DNA of 64,000 nt, taken from assembly GCA_011391735.1 (NCBI GenBank), contig JAABPY010000115.1, positions 1,291-65,290 of the forward strand. The letters are read 5' to 3'. The stretch is from Sulfuricurvum sp. (GTDB lineage Bacteria > Campylobacterota > Campylobacteria > Campylobacterales > Sulfurimonadaceae). The notes beneath the pieces are model-generated. The model saw nothing but the letters and a program-made list of their open reading frames with translations. It had not been told where the DNA came from and made no database searches. The translations under genes were made by a program, and so were the position numbers. This document shows positions 9,936 through 21,044 of this stretch, one piece after another; the first letter of the stretch is position 1, and every line of letters starts with the position of its first letter.

Positions 9936-11066
9936 TTAACGTTGAATTAAATGTAAGAACTCTCCAAAAATATAGCGACTCTCTTTGGGTCCGGGGCTAG
10001 CTTCGGGGTGATGCTGTACCGAAAATACAGGGGCATCTTTATAACGGAGTCCTTCAATGGTATTGTCGAAGAGATTAATATGGGTTACGTCGGCAATCTC
10101 ACGTACCGATTCGGGGACATTATAGTTATGATTTTGTGCTGTGATTTCTACCATACCTGTCATAACGTTTTTCACAGGATGATTTCCACCGTGATGCCCA
10201 AATTTTAGCTTATGGGTATCGTGACCGTGGGCAATACTCAACAGCTGATGTCCCAAACAAATACCAAACAGTGGAATTTTACGAGCAATCAATTTTTTGA
10301 TCTCTTCTTGCTCTTGCTTAAGAACCAAGGGATCCCCTGGCCCATTGGAGAGAAATACACCATCAATTTCTTTGGCATCATAACGGGCAATCAAATCATC
10401 CCCGTTAAAACTGTTAGGTAGCACTTCGACTTCCAAACCTGCTTGGGTAAGCTCATTAAGAATATTGCGTTTGACTCCAAAATCGATCGCCGCAATACGA
10501 GCTTGTGGAGCAGGTGCATCATTGTAACGAAAATGAAAAGGATCATACACACCGTTCGTATGCGTATAGGCTACTTTTGTACTCACTTCTTGAATGTAAT
10601 TAATCTCTTCAATACGAGGAGCGGCTTCAAGAAGCTTTTTGAGCTCTTCTTTGTCACTGACAACCGTTGAAGCGATCATCATCATAGCCCCTTGTGTGCG
10701 CAACATTTTGGTCAAATAGCGGGTGTCAATATCACAGATACCAAGAACTCCGTGTTTTTCCAAAAAGGTGTGCAATGCCTCTTGGGCTCTAAATGAGGAG
10801 TATTGACTTTGGTACTGACGGACAATTACCCCTTTACAATGGGCAATTTTACTCTCCATATCCTCATCGTTAACACCGACATTTCCGATTTCAGGCATCG
10901 TGAAGGTAATAAACTGTCCCGCATACGAAGGGTCAGAGATAATCTCTTGGTACCCTGTCAACGAGGTGTTAAAAACGATTTCACCGACATTGGTACCCTC
11001 TGCCCCAAAACTTTTTGCTACTAAATAGGTCCCGTTTTCGAGATAAATCCATACATTACGCATCAT
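9936..11066 (-). CDS. carA: Carbamoyl-phosphate synthase small subunit
   Basis: VFNTSLTGYQE, SNGPGDP, GICLGHQ, QHHPEASPGP. Confidence 0.97.
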   Translation of the reverse strand: MMRNVWIYLENGTYLVAKSFGAEGTNVGEIVFNTSLTGYQEIISDPSYAGQFITFTMPEIGNVGVNDEDMESKIAHCKGVIVRQYQSQYSSFRAQEALHTFLEKHGVLGICDIDTRYLTKMLRTQGAMMMIASTVVSDKEELKKLLEAAPRIEEINYIQEVSTKVAYTHTNGVYDPFHFRYNDAPAPQARIAAIDFGVKRNILNELTQAGLEVEVLPNSFNGDDLIARYDAKEIDGVFLSNGPGDPLVLKQEQEEIKKLIARKIPLFGICLGHQLLSIAHGHDTHKLKFGHHGGNHPVKNVMTGMVEITAQNHNYNVPESVREIADVTHINLFDNTIEGLRYKDAPVFSVQHHPEASPGPKESRYIFGEFLHLIQR

Positions 11067-11614
11067 GCCATCCCCCTTCGTGCTACTTCATCTTTATAAA
11101 GTTTTTCATACAAAATCTCATACTCATCCGTCCCTGGAATCACACGTCTTTTGTATGTTTTTATTTTTTCATAGACTGCATTTTCAAGCTCACTCGTATC
11201 GGCAATAAAAGTTGTTATTGCATCATAAATAATATTTTTAATCCGATTTTCGCTTACATCATAATTGATCAGATCCTCTTCGTACAACTCATCCAAAATT
11301 TTATGGGCAATATCAGAATAACGATCTTCATACGATAAAATCACCCCAAATTCAGGTGCAAGCTTCTTCTTAATCATAAAAAAGAGTTGACGCTCATCGG
11401 CTAAATAATAGTCAATTTGCTCTTCATTGGCGCTAACAATCGACTTAACTTTTTCTTCAAGTGCCATCTCTTGCTTGACGCTCTCAACAAGTATCTTTTC
11501 TGCTGCACGTGCGGTAGCTTCCAGCCCATGAGTCATGGTCACCAATCCGCTACGGTTAAGATCAACAGCGATACGACTCGCAATATGGGGGATATGGGAG
11601 AGTGAAACTTTCAT
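11063..11614 (-). CDS. DUF507 family protein
   Basis: YEDRYSDIAH, IPGTDEYEILYEKLY; typical position upstream of carA. Confidence 0.8.
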   Translation of the reverse strand: MKVSLSHIPHIASRIAVDLNRSGLVTMTHGLEATARAAEKILVESVKQEMALEEKVKSIVSANEEQIDYYLADERQLFFMIKKKLAPEFGVILSYEDRYSDIAHKILDELYEEDLINYDVSENRIKNIIYDAITTFIADTSELENAVYEKIKTYKRRVIPGTDEYEILYEKLYKDEVARRGMA

Positions 11615-11685
11615 GAACTGCCCTATGATACTTTTTTGGTATTATACAGAAGATGAGCTCTAAAATCGCTTAGAAACGCCTCGTT

Positions 11686-12219
11686 TTATTTTTTATTCGG
11701 CAATTCAGAGGGGATTTTTTGCAATGCGGCTGTGATTTCAGCCCCTTTTTTCGGATCCATTTTCCCCAATATTTGACTGACTATCTTAGGATTCAAGGTA
11801 CTGAGAATATCGGATGCCTCTTTTACCCCCATTTGGGCGAGAATATTGGCAGAAGAAGCGGGTTTCATTTTCGTATAAGCTTGCGATACCTTAGTACTTT
11901 TAAGTTGTTTTATCTCTTCTAAAATCTTTTTGTTATCGGCAATGAGTTTTTGAATAGAGGCCTCTCGGGTTTTGATCTCTTGAAGCTTTTGATCCACCGC
12001 TGTCCCCCTCCCTTGTACCATCGCCTCTTTTTTCTTCAGCAAATCCTCGGTAGCACGTTTGAGGGCATCAAGGGATTGACGCTGTTCATCGATTTTTCCT
12101 AACTCTATCAACAATTCATTTTTACGTGATTCAAAAATCTGAGTACATTCATACGATTTCGTTGGCGAAGCATAAGAAATCGCTATAAAAATAAAGGATA
12201 ACACTATAATTTTTTTCAT
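11686..12219 (-). CDS. MotE/PDP-like periplasmic coiled-coil flagellar-associated protein
   Basis: Signal peptide, coiled coil, YTKMKPASSANIL...ILGKMDPKKGAEIT repeats; follows fliJ. Confidence 0.7.
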   Translation of the reverse strand: MKKIIVLSFIFIAISYASPTKSYECTQIFESRKNELLIELGKIDEQRQSLDALKRATEDLLKKKEAMVQGRGTAVDQKLQEIKTREASIQKLIADNKKILEEIKQLKSTKVSQAYTKMKPASSANILAQMGVKEASDILSTLNPKIVSQILGKMDPKKGAEITAALQKIPSELPNKK

Positions 12220-12635
12220 AAAATCTCTCTTTTGTAGGTCATTACCCCAATTTCATCCAACATTTTAGCCTCTTCTTTTTTCATCTTTGCTGTGTAAGCG
12301 TGCGCTTCTTGCACTTCAAGATAATTGAATTTTTCATATTCCACTCGTGCTTCTCTAAAATGTTGTTGCATTTGAAGCTGATAGCGTTGGGCATTGACAA
12401 GAGCGTCGGCACACCGTTGAATTTCATAATGCTGTGCTTGTATAATTGACTGAGATTGAATTAGCTCACCCACGCAACCACTAGTGGGGAGATCAAACGT
12501 AGAGAGAAAGGCGTATGCATCACTAAGGGCAACCGTTGCAGCGGAGAGGGCATTGTTTGCCCCAATAAGATTGCGTTCCGCTTGGTCAAGCCCTTTTTTT
12601 TTGAGCTTAACGAGGGGGGCGTATTTGGATGTCAT
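12216..12635 (-). CDS. fliJ: Flagellar export protein FliJ
   Basis: 139-aa helical protein, EYEKFNYLE...EEAKMLDEIG; fliJ-MotE-DUF507-carA order. Confidence 0.7.
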   Translation of the reverse strand: MTSKYAPLVKLKKKGLDQAERNLIGANNALSAATVALSDAYAFLSTFDLPTSGCVGELIQSQSIIQAQHYEIQRCADALVNAQRYQLQMQQHFREARVEYEKFNYLEVQEAHAYTAKMKKEEAKMLDEIGVMTYKREIL

Positions 12636-12636
12636 T

Positions 12637-15372
12637 CTAAAAACTCAATGCTGTATTTCCATCCATCGTCGGCTCTTGTATCCTCATATCACCATAGTTG
12701 GCTCTCGTCATCTCTTTCGTATTTTTATACACAGATCCATACACTTCTTTTATATTTTTATCCCCTTTGAGCAGTTCTTCCATCACAAAATAGCTAAACA
12801 TTCGGTGCGCTTTTTGGTTGTAGGCATTAGAGTATTGGGTGTCTTTCCCTGCCGTGAGGACAACCATCTTCGTTTTATCGAAATCAATTGCTTTAGGTCT
12901 CATCCGTGTTGCTACAACACCCTTTTGAATCGATTTTCCATCTGCACTTCCACTAAAACAACTGTCTACCACTGCAATAATACTACCAGCCTTAGAATCG
13001 CTCAGTTCTTTATACATCTGTTTCATCATAAAAGCGGGTTCATCTCCTACGAAATCAGGCATCATATCCGTAGAGAGGATAAACGGCTCGTTCCCTTTGT
13101 CCACCGCAGGTACGCCGTGACCGTTATAATAAAAATAGATCGTATCTCCCTCTTTGACATTACGAAGCATAAGCTTCATTTTATTTTTGATATCCGAAGA
13201 GGTAGCGTTTTCATTGATTAGGAGATAGGTGTTTTGTGTGGAAACGCCTAGAGTTTTCTGAGCAACTTTGACAAACATTTCTGCACTGCGTTTAGCATAA
13301 ATAATACTATCGGTGTATTTGTAGTTCTCTAATCCTATGGCGAAGAGCCATTTTTTGCCGTCCACTTTGACCATAGGAGCTTTAGAAAGTAGGTCATCGA
13401 GATCGTTGGTAGTGACTAAATTTTTTTGCTCATCTTTTTCACTCACGGTCTCTATTAATTTTGCTATTGGCTCATTTTTGTTTACTTTTGCATATAGTTC
13501 ATTATAAACCTCATCAATATTTAAGACCTCTTTTTTATCTAAAATAATCTTTTCCAACTCTAACACTTCATAACCTTTTTTACAACGAGAAGCATTTCCA
13601 TTAGGATTATAATCTTGTACAAACTGTATAATTTCTTTGGATTTTTCTTGACTTTGTTTCACACCAAAACCCAAACCATACATTATTGCAATTTCACATT
13701 GCGCAGGAGCATAATCATTTTTTGCTGCTTTTTCATAATATTCCAAGGCTTTTTCATAGTTTTTGACAAGCCCTACGCCTCCATTTTCATAATAAAACCC
13801 TAGAGAATAACTTGAATAATTATTTCCCTGAACAGAAGCTCTTTTATAAAAGTCCAATGATTCCTTCTGTTTTTTTTGTTTTTCCAAATATACGGCATAT
13901 ATATCTTCCAAATATGCATTTCCAACTTCAGCACCTTTGGCTAAAAATTCTAATTTTTTCTTTTCGTTTTTTAGAGGCTTTACGGCATAATTATCACTAT
14001 AAATATCATATAAAATTTCGTAAATATTTTTCAAAATTTTCTTTTCTTTTCTTGAAAGAAAATAGGTATCTTTATCTTCGTACGATTTTAGAATTTTTTC
14101 TAATACTTGTATATCTTCTTTGCTTTTGATAAAATTATTAATATCATTGCCTTTAAAATCTAGGAGTAAAGCATTCTCGACAACGGACTTGTATTGTGAA
14201 TTAAAATATTTTTCTATATCTTTGAGTGTTAATTTATTTTTATTTATACTTGATAGTGAAATTGCACCTGAGAGTATATAGCTTTTCACAATCTCTTTAT
14301 CGCTGGTATTCTTAAGCACTTCCATCATCTTAATTACCCCAACGTCTTTGTTGGATTTTACATTCTTTTCAAACATGATAGCTTCAAGCCTACCTTTTGA
14401 CATCAAATCAAAAAACTCAGAACCATAGTCAAATACCATCGACCATCCATTGTATTTTGACCATTTTTCAATCTTTGCACTTTTTGTCGTCAAAGATTTA
14501 TCACACAGATAATGATACACCTCATTTTCTGCTTGCAACAATGTGATATTTGCTAGAAAATCTTCAATATTTTTATTGTATTTTTTCGTGGACTTCTCAA
14601 AATTGAGATTGATTTTAAAATCTTTAAGATCACGAACCATTTGAGCTTTTTTTTCTTGCGAAAGTTGTGCCAATGCTTCTACGGAAGTGTTTATATCTTC
14701 TCGATTAGTCACAATATTCACAAGTTCATCTTGACTTTTATAAAGGGTGAAATCAATTTCTTTATCTAAAAATTTCGCCTTTAATAGTTCTCTTTCGCTC
14801 ATCATCTTTACCGTGTAATAAATCCAATAGTCGTATAAAGATTGATCTTTGGAGATGACGACTCTATTCAAATTATAGACATATTCTTCTGCTTTTTTAT
14901 TAGCACTTTCCAATCCTGTAAGATTGTAGCTGCTTAAATCATTTTCTACGGATTGTGTAAAATTAGACCTACCGCAATAATGCCACGCAGACCACTCTTC
15001 CTCTTCGCCAAATTCTTTACAAAAACTTTTTTGGTCCAATGCGTACATAGCATCTTTATTACCGTATTGTGATGACAGTTTTAGCCATTTTGTATATGCT
15101 ATTCGATTTGGCTTAAATGGTGTTTTATCATCTTTATTCCAATACAAATAATTCATGTCACTATATAACTGCGCGATTAAATCCATTGCATTAGCATCGC
15201 CATTTTTAGCTAGCTGTAACGTTTTTTGTAAGGCATCATCAAAACTTATGGAATGTTCTTTATATCCATTCAGTGCACTAGATGCTGAATAATACTCTGT
15301 TTCTGCAACAGAGTTTGAATAAAGCAATACCAGCAAAACGGCTAGTTTACTATAAATTTTACTTATCATCAT
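12637..15372 (-). CDS. Signal-peptide protein with SEL1-like repeats and C-terminal caspase-family (peptidase C14) domain
   Basis: Hydrophobic N-terminus; SEL1 repeats (LGFYYENGGVGLVKNYEKALEYYEKAA); LFAIGLENY, FYYNGHG (His) and VVDSCFSG (Cys). Confidence 0.85.
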   Translation of the reverse strand: MMISKIYSKLAVLLVLLYSNSVAETEYYSASSALNGYKEHSISFDDALQKTLQLAKNGDANAMDLIAQLYSDMNYLYWNKDDKTPFKPNRIAYTKWLKLSSQYGNKDAMYALDQKSFCKEFGEEEEWSAWHYCGRSNFTQSVENDLSSYNLTGLESANKKAEEYVYNLNRVVISKDQSLYDYWIYYTVKMMSERELLKAKFLDKEIDFTLYKSQDELVNIVTNREDINTSVEALAQLSQEKKAQMVRDLKDFKINLNFEKSTKKYNKNIEDFLANITLLQAENEVYHYLCDKSLTTKSAKIEKWSKYNGWSMVFDYGSEFFDLMSKGRLEAIMFEKNVKSNKDVGVIKMMEVLKNTSDKEIVKSYILSGAISLSSINKNKLTLKDIEKYFNSQYKSVVENALLLDFKGNDINNFIKSKEDIQVLEKILKSYEDKDTYFLSRKEKKILKNIYEILYDIYSDNYAVKPLKNEKKKLEFLAKGAEVGNAYLEDIYAVYLEKQKKQKESLDFYKRASVQGNNYSSYSLGFYYENGGVGLVKNYEKALEYYEKAAKNDYAPAQCEIAIMYGLGFGVKQSQEKSKEIIQFVQDYNPNGNASRCKKGYEVLELEKIILDKKEVLNIDEVYNELYAKVNKNEPIAKLIETVSEKDEQKNLVTTNDLDDLLSKAPMVKVDGKKWLFAIGLENYKYTDSIIYAKRSAEMFVKVAQKTLGVSTQNTYLLINENATSSDIKNKMKLMLRNVKEGDTIYFYYNGHGVPAVDKGNEPFILSTDMMPDFVGDEPAFMMKQMYKELSDSKAGSIIAVVDSCFSGSADGKSIQKGVVATRMRPKAIDFDKTKMVVLTAGKDTQYSNAYNQKAHRMFSYFVMEELLKGDKNIKEVYGSVYKNTKEMTRANYGDMRIQEPTMDGNTALSF

Positions 15373-15637
15373 GAGTCTCTTCCGTCGCTTTTTTCATCAT
15401 TCTTTCCAGTTGTTGCACCGTCATTCCTTCTAGCTCTTTTTTCCATGCTTCATTATTAAGCACCTCAAGTTCGTAGTCAAATAAAATCTTTTTGCTAAAC
15501 GTATCTTTTTTTACTATACTGCCATTAAACCAAACACATTCGACCATGTCGTTTTCTAACTCTTTGTTCACATTCATAATAGGCGAATCTCCACCATTAA
15601 GTTTAACTACACTACCAATTTTGATTTCATTTATCAT
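15359..15637 (-). CDS. YodC/DUF2158-like small protein
   Basis: IGSVVKLNGGDSPIMNV...VECVWFNG...DTF pattern. Confidence 0.7.
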   Translation of the reverse strand: MINEIKIGSVVKLNGGDSPIMNVNKELENDMVECVWFNGSIVKKDTFSKKILFDYELEVLNNEAWKKELEGMTVQQLERMMKKATEETHDDK

Positions 15638-15923
15638 TTGCTAACCAATAAAAAGGTTTTCGATGCTGATGCGCTACGGATAAAATGAGAATGATGCTAT
15701 CTGAATGGGTATAAAAAAACATATAAGGAAATTTATGCAAAATACATTTTCGTATATTTTCTGTGCTGATAGAATAGAGTGTCGGGAATTTGATTACTCG
15801 GTCAACTGCATTTTTAAGCTCTTGTTGAAATATCATTCCTAGTCCTGCTTGCTGAAGATTATAATACTCAATTGCATCTTGTATCTCAGCATACGCATAT
15901 TCAGAGAACTCAACTTCTAGCAT
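15627..15923 (-). CDS. RelE/ParE-family type II toxin
   Basis: AEIQDAIEYYNLQQAGLG...RKCILHKFPYMFFY...VAHQHRKPFYW. Confidence 0.9.
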   Translation of the reverse strand: MLEVEFSEYAYAEIQDAIEYYNLQQAGLGMIFQQELKNAVDRVIKFPTLYSISTENIRKCILHKFPYMFFYTHSDSIILILSVAHQHRKPFYWLANDK

Positions 15924-16120
15924 TTAAAAACATCCTCATAAGAGAGTGTTTTTAATGTCCCTTTATTATACGAATCCAAACGTGCTAACGACTCTTTTAT
16001 CCACAAATCTTCAATTTCTTTATCAGGACAATCAAGACTAAGAAGTAAGTTTTCAATCACTAAATATTTTTCTTGTGGTTTAAGTTGTAACGCTTCTGTG
16101 ATAATGTCCAATGCACCCAT
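15917..16120 (-). CDS. Addiction-module antitoxin
   Basis: EALQLKPQEK...LLLSLD...IEDLWIKES..RL...YEDVF; overlaps the toxin start. Confidence 0.88.
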   Translation of the reverse strand: MGALDIITEALQLKPQEKYLVIENLLLSLDCPDKEIEDLWIKESLARLDSYNKGTLKTLSYEDVFKC

Positions 16121-16149
16121 CTTTAGCCTCTTTTTCGCTTATATCCAAT

Positions 16150-16155
16150 ATTATA
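16150..16155 (-). promoter_or_regulatory. -10 box (TATAAT) of the TA/caspase cassette
   Basis: Perfect TATAAT about 30 nt upstream of the antitoxin ATG. Confidence 0.55.
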
Positions 16156-16198
16156 ACTGATTTTTGACTTCTTGTTTATTTACGATAATAAAATGGAT

Positions 16199-16224
16199 GG
16201 ATTCCCGATCAAGTCGGGAATGAC
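16199..16224 (-). repeat. REP/dRS3-like palindrome GTCATTCCCGACTTGATCGGGAATCC
   Basis: ATTCCC-N9-GGGAAT 15 nt after the purA stop; related copy at 59296-59319. Confidence 0.8.
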
Positions 16225-16239
16225 GAGGAAAAGGAGCAA

Positions 16240-17487
<1,248 letters not shown>

Positions 17488-17496
17488 TTACAATTC

Positions 17497-18345
17497 CTAA
17501 CGTAATTTTATTTTATCTATCAATGTATCCGTATAAATCGCAAAACCAACCGATACGGTCTCTTCATCACGATAGCGTCCACCCATTGCATACACTTCAT
17601 TGGCTTCAATGACACGGAAAAAAAGCTCATCATAATAGAGCATTTTAGCGTAATATAGCGGTGCAATAACCACATTCGGATACTCTAGTCCTGCACACAA
17701 CGCTTGAATCTTAAGTAACTCAAGGCAAATAGCTTCAGGAGCGATTTCTAAAAGAGGCGCAATGTCTTCAAATTTTTCCAAATAGACCAACTGCGTGAGC
17801 CATTGTATTTTCAAGGATAAGAATTTCTCAATATTAACGTGTCTAAAATCATCCAGTTCAAGATCCAATAGTTCCGAAAGAAGTCTAGGGATATTGATAT
17901 TCGAGATTTGTAAAAGAGGCTGAAGCTCTAAGGTTTTAAAAATCGTGGTCGCTTGTTTCAATGCAACAGCAAGATTGGATTCCCCTAAAATTTCCGCCCC
18001 TATTTGATACTGCTCAATAGAAGGATAACGATACACAGGTTGAATATAGAACCATTTTTTGTGTTCCGTATTTCCCCCCAAACGTTTACCGAGAATTCGG
18101 ACAACATCAATGGTGGAATCGGCACGCAAGCTCATCGAATGGTTGTCACTGTCACCCAACCGAATCAACTCACGCTCATCGCAAATACTTTGGTGTTGGT
18201 GATACGAGAAAAGAGGGGTGATAATTTCTTCAAACCCTGCTTTGCTCAATAACTCGCTGGCACGATTTTCGATAAAACGTTTCGTTGCCGCCGTAGATGC
18301 AAAGTAGAGTTTGGAACCCTCAGGGATTTCGTGTTCAAAAATCAT
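17497..18345 (-). CDS. hisZ: ATP phosphoribosyltransferase regulatory subunit
   Basis: MIFEHEIPEG start, EEIITP, LRADST, QIGAE, GGRY; upstream of purA. Confidence 0.85.
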   Translation of the reverse strand: MIFEHEIPEGSKLYFASTAATKRFIENRASELLSKAGFEEIITPLFSYHQHQSICDERELIRLGDSDNHSMSLRADSTIDVVRILGKRLGGNTEHKKWFYIQPVYRYPSIEQYQIGAEILGESNLAVALKQATTIFKTLELQPLLQISNINIPRLLSELLDLELDDFRHVNIEKFLSLKIQWLTQLVYLEKFEDIAPLLEIAPEAICLELLKIQALCAGLEYPNVVIAPLYYAKMLYYDELFFRVIEANEVYAMGGRYRDEETVSVGFAIYTDTLIDKIKLR

Positions 18346-18346
18346 A

Positions 18347-19453
18347 TTAGAGCCCGAAATAGACGGTGTTAAATATACGACTTGCCGTCCCATCAAATGC
18401 TCGTCGACCCATGGAAGCCAATGCAAGCTCTACACTATTAACAACCCAAGCGGCTTCATAGACACTGATTAGTCCCATGTGATTGATACGAAAAATAGTA
18501 TCTTTGATATGATCTTGACCACCTGCTACATTGACTTCAAACTCTTTTTGAAGCAATGAACGGATTTTTTTGGCTTCTGAATCACCAATTGTTGTCATCG
18601 AATCCGCTGGATTTTTTGGATAAATACTCAAACCAATTGCCACCATCGCTTCACGGGTTGCATGCGCACGAAGAGCAGTTGTGGCATACAGTTTTTCGAG
18701 TCCCCCCTCTGCTTTGATACGGTTTAAAATACTTTCTAATCCAATCGTAATTGTCGTAGCTGCTGTCCATGCCGTTGTATTTTTACGCTGATTTTTGATC
18801 TCAGTGGCAAGGTTGAAATAGTATCCTTTCCCTTTGCCGATTTTTTCAATCGCTGCGTTACTAAGACCCATAATCGCCAATCCTGGAGGAAGCATAAGTG
18901 CTTTTTGGCTTCCAGAGATAAGACAATCAATATTAGTAATGTCTATTTTTTCAACACCTACAGCGGTGATACCATCAGCAATCACCATTATTGAAAGATT
19001 ATGCGCTTTGACTGCGGTGGCAATTGCTTCGACACTATGACGCAAACCGCCCGCACTTTCGCAAATTTGAATGGCAATAGCATCAATATCAGGGTTAGCA
19101 ACTAATACTTGCATCACCTCTTCAACGGTTGCAGGGGTATCCCACTCGTGTTTAATCTCGACATTAGCAACACCATGAGCTTGCGCAATTTTACCGAAAC
19201 GCTCCCCGAATTTTCCCGAATTGATCGAGAGAAGTTTAGATGCAGTAAGGTTCGTTACAGCAGCTTCCATCGCTCCTGTCCCCGACGAAGCAAGCATAAG
19301 TACCTCTTCCATCCCTAAAAGTTCGAACAACAACGCACGAGTACGTTCAAAAATCGCTTCAAATTCAGGGGTACGATGGTGAAGGGTCTCTCCTGCCATC
19401 GCAACACGGACAGATTCAGGGACGGGGGTAGGTCCTGGGGTAAAAAGTAACAT
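18347..19453 (-). CDS. Class V PLP aminotransferase (alanine-glyoxylate/serine-pyruvate family)
   Basis: LFTPGPTPVP, HHRTPEF, SGTGAME, SGSQKALMLPPG. Confidence 0.92.
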   Translation of the reverse strand: MLLFTPGPTPVPESVRVAMAGETLHHRTPEFEAIFERTRALLFELLGMEEVLMLASSGTGAMEAAVTNLTASKLLSINSGKFGERFGKIAQAHGVANVEIKHEWDTPATVEEVMQVLVANPDIDAIAIQICESAGGLRHSVEAIATAVKAHNLSIMVIADGITAVGVEKIDITNIDCLISGSQKALMLPPGLAIMGLSNAAIEKIGKGKGYYFNLATEIKNQRKNTTAWTAATTITIGLESILNRIKAEGGLEKLYATTALRAHATREAMVAIGLSIYPKNPADSMTTIGDSEAKKIRSLLQKEFEVNVAGGQDHIKDTIFRINHMGLISVYEAAWVVNSVELALASMGRRAFDGTASRIFNTVYFGL

Positions 19454-19564
19454 ATTTTTCCTTAATTTAGGCAGTTTAAGAATTCACTATAATTGGGCAA
19501 ATTATAGCGAAGAGGAAGTTAGGAGAGGTTTAAGCTATAATAACACTTAAAAAAAGAGGTACGT

Positions 19565-20344
19565 ATGACACTATTTGACGCATTGATACTGGGGGCACTG
19601 GAGGGGGTTAGTGAATTTCTCCCCATCTCCTCTACGGGTCATCTCATCTTGGCTTCTCAACTATTAGGACTTGAACAAACCACTGCCCACAAGGCGTTTG
19701 AAGTTGCTATTCAACTAGGAAGTATCCTCGCCGTCTTGTTTTTATACGCCAAAGATCTTATGAAAGATAAAACCCTCTGGATTAAACTTGCCGTCGCATT
19801 TATCCCAACTGGGGCATTAGGGTTTCTTTTTTACAAACATATCAAAGCACTGTTCGGTGTCGAAACAGTCAGTATTATGCTTATCGCAGGGGGGATCGTC
19901 TTTTTAGCCGTAGAATATTTCCGTCGGGACAAAGCGATTGATGAGGGGAAAGAGCTAAACGAACTCACCTACAAAGAGGCTTTCTTGATTGGGGTCTTTC
20001 AAAGCTTCTCGATGATTCCGGGGACAAGTCGCTCAGGGGCAACCATCATTGGCGGATTATTCTTAGGTCTAAAACGCAAAAGTGCGGCAGAGTTCTCTTT
20101 TCTCCTCGCTATCCCTACGATGATGATCGCCACCGCCTATGATTTAATCAAACACCGTGACGCTATGATCGTGGATGATTACACGATGCTCATTGTCGCT
20201 TTTGTGACGGCGTTTATCTTTGCCCTTGCCACCGTGAAACTTTTTGTCGGTTTCGTAAGCCGTCATACCTTTGTCCCGTTTGCGATTTATCGTATTATTG
20301 TTGGGGTGATTTTCTTTTATTTTGTGGGGACGATGCCTGTTTAA
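19565..20344 (+). CDS. uppP: Undecaprenyl-diphosphate phosphatase
   Basis: [28 protein letters not shown]. Confidence 0.96.
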   Translation: MTLFDALILGALEGVSEFLPISSTGHLILASQLLGLEQTTAHKAFEVAIQLGSILAVLFLYAKDLMKDKTLWIKLAVAFIPTGALGFLFYKHIKALFGVETVSIMLIAGGIVFLAVEYFRRDKAIDEGKELNELTYKEAFLIGVFQSFSMIPGTSRSGATIIGGLFLGLKRKSAAEFSFLLAIPTMMIATAYDLIKHRDAMIVDDYTMLIVAFVTAFIFALATVKLFVGFVSRHTFVPFAIYRIIVGVIFFYFVGTMPV

Positions 20345-20943
20345 CCCCTCTGACTCTTAATCTGATCGATCAAAATCTTCGCCAAATGAAGCCCTTTTGA
20401 TCGGTGGGACAATCCTCTTTTCACTTCGCCATCCAACTCCCCTAAGGTTTGTGTAAATCCATCAGGGATAAATATCGGGTCGTATCCAAACCCATTATCC
20501 CCTCGTAACTGTGTAATGACCGCTCCGTGCATCCATCCGTGTACACAACTCTCCCCCTCACGCGAGACGATGGCAATAGCAGCGGTGTAATGAGCAGGCG
20601 ATGATGTAACACCATGATTTTTGAGTTCATCTACTAGTTTATAAAGATTATCTTTGTCGGTTGCATTTTCACCACCATAACGAGCACTGTAAATCCCTGG
20701 AGCACCGTCTAATACATCGACACTGATACCGCTGTCATCCGCAATCACAACGGCGTCTTTATCTCCGAGAGCTTTATAAACCGCGCGAGCTTTTATGAGG
20801 GCATTTTCTTTGAATGTTACTCCGTCTTCGATAATCTCAAACCCTTCGATCAAATCGGTATAGGGAAATACCTCTCTATCATGGAGAAGCTCAATAATCT
20901 CACGAACTTTTCCTTTATTCGACGTTGCCAATACGACTTTCAT
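20341..20943 (-). CDS. rdgB: Non-canonical purine NTP pyrophosphatase
   Basis: [31 protein letters not shown]. Confidence 0.95.
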   Translation of the reverse strand: MKVVLATSNKGKVREIIELLHDREVFPYTDLIEGFEIIEDGVTFKENALIKARAVYKALGDKDAVVIADDSGISVDVLDGAPGIYSARYGGENATDKDNLYKLVDELKNHGVTSSPAHYTAAIAIVSREGESCVHGWMHGAVITQLRGDNGFGYDPIFIPDGFTQTLGELDGEVKRGLSHRSKGLHLAKILIDQIKSQRG

Positions 20944-21044
20944 TGTAGCTTCCTTAGATTTTACTGAGTAATTTTTTCTTCAAATACGCATATTATGTGA
21001 ATATACTATAATGACAAATATTTTAGCTCACTTAAGGTCACAAC

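Noticed and set aside
12484-13221. 245-aa plus-strand ORF
   Set aside because: Antisense to the caspase domain and fliJ; no recognisable motifs.
12631-16224. GTCATTC at 12631-12637 and GAATGAC at 16218-16224 as terminal inverted repeats of cassette 1
   Set aside because: Only 7 bp, includes the fliJ start codon, no counterpart seen at cassette 2 and no target duplication; likely chance.
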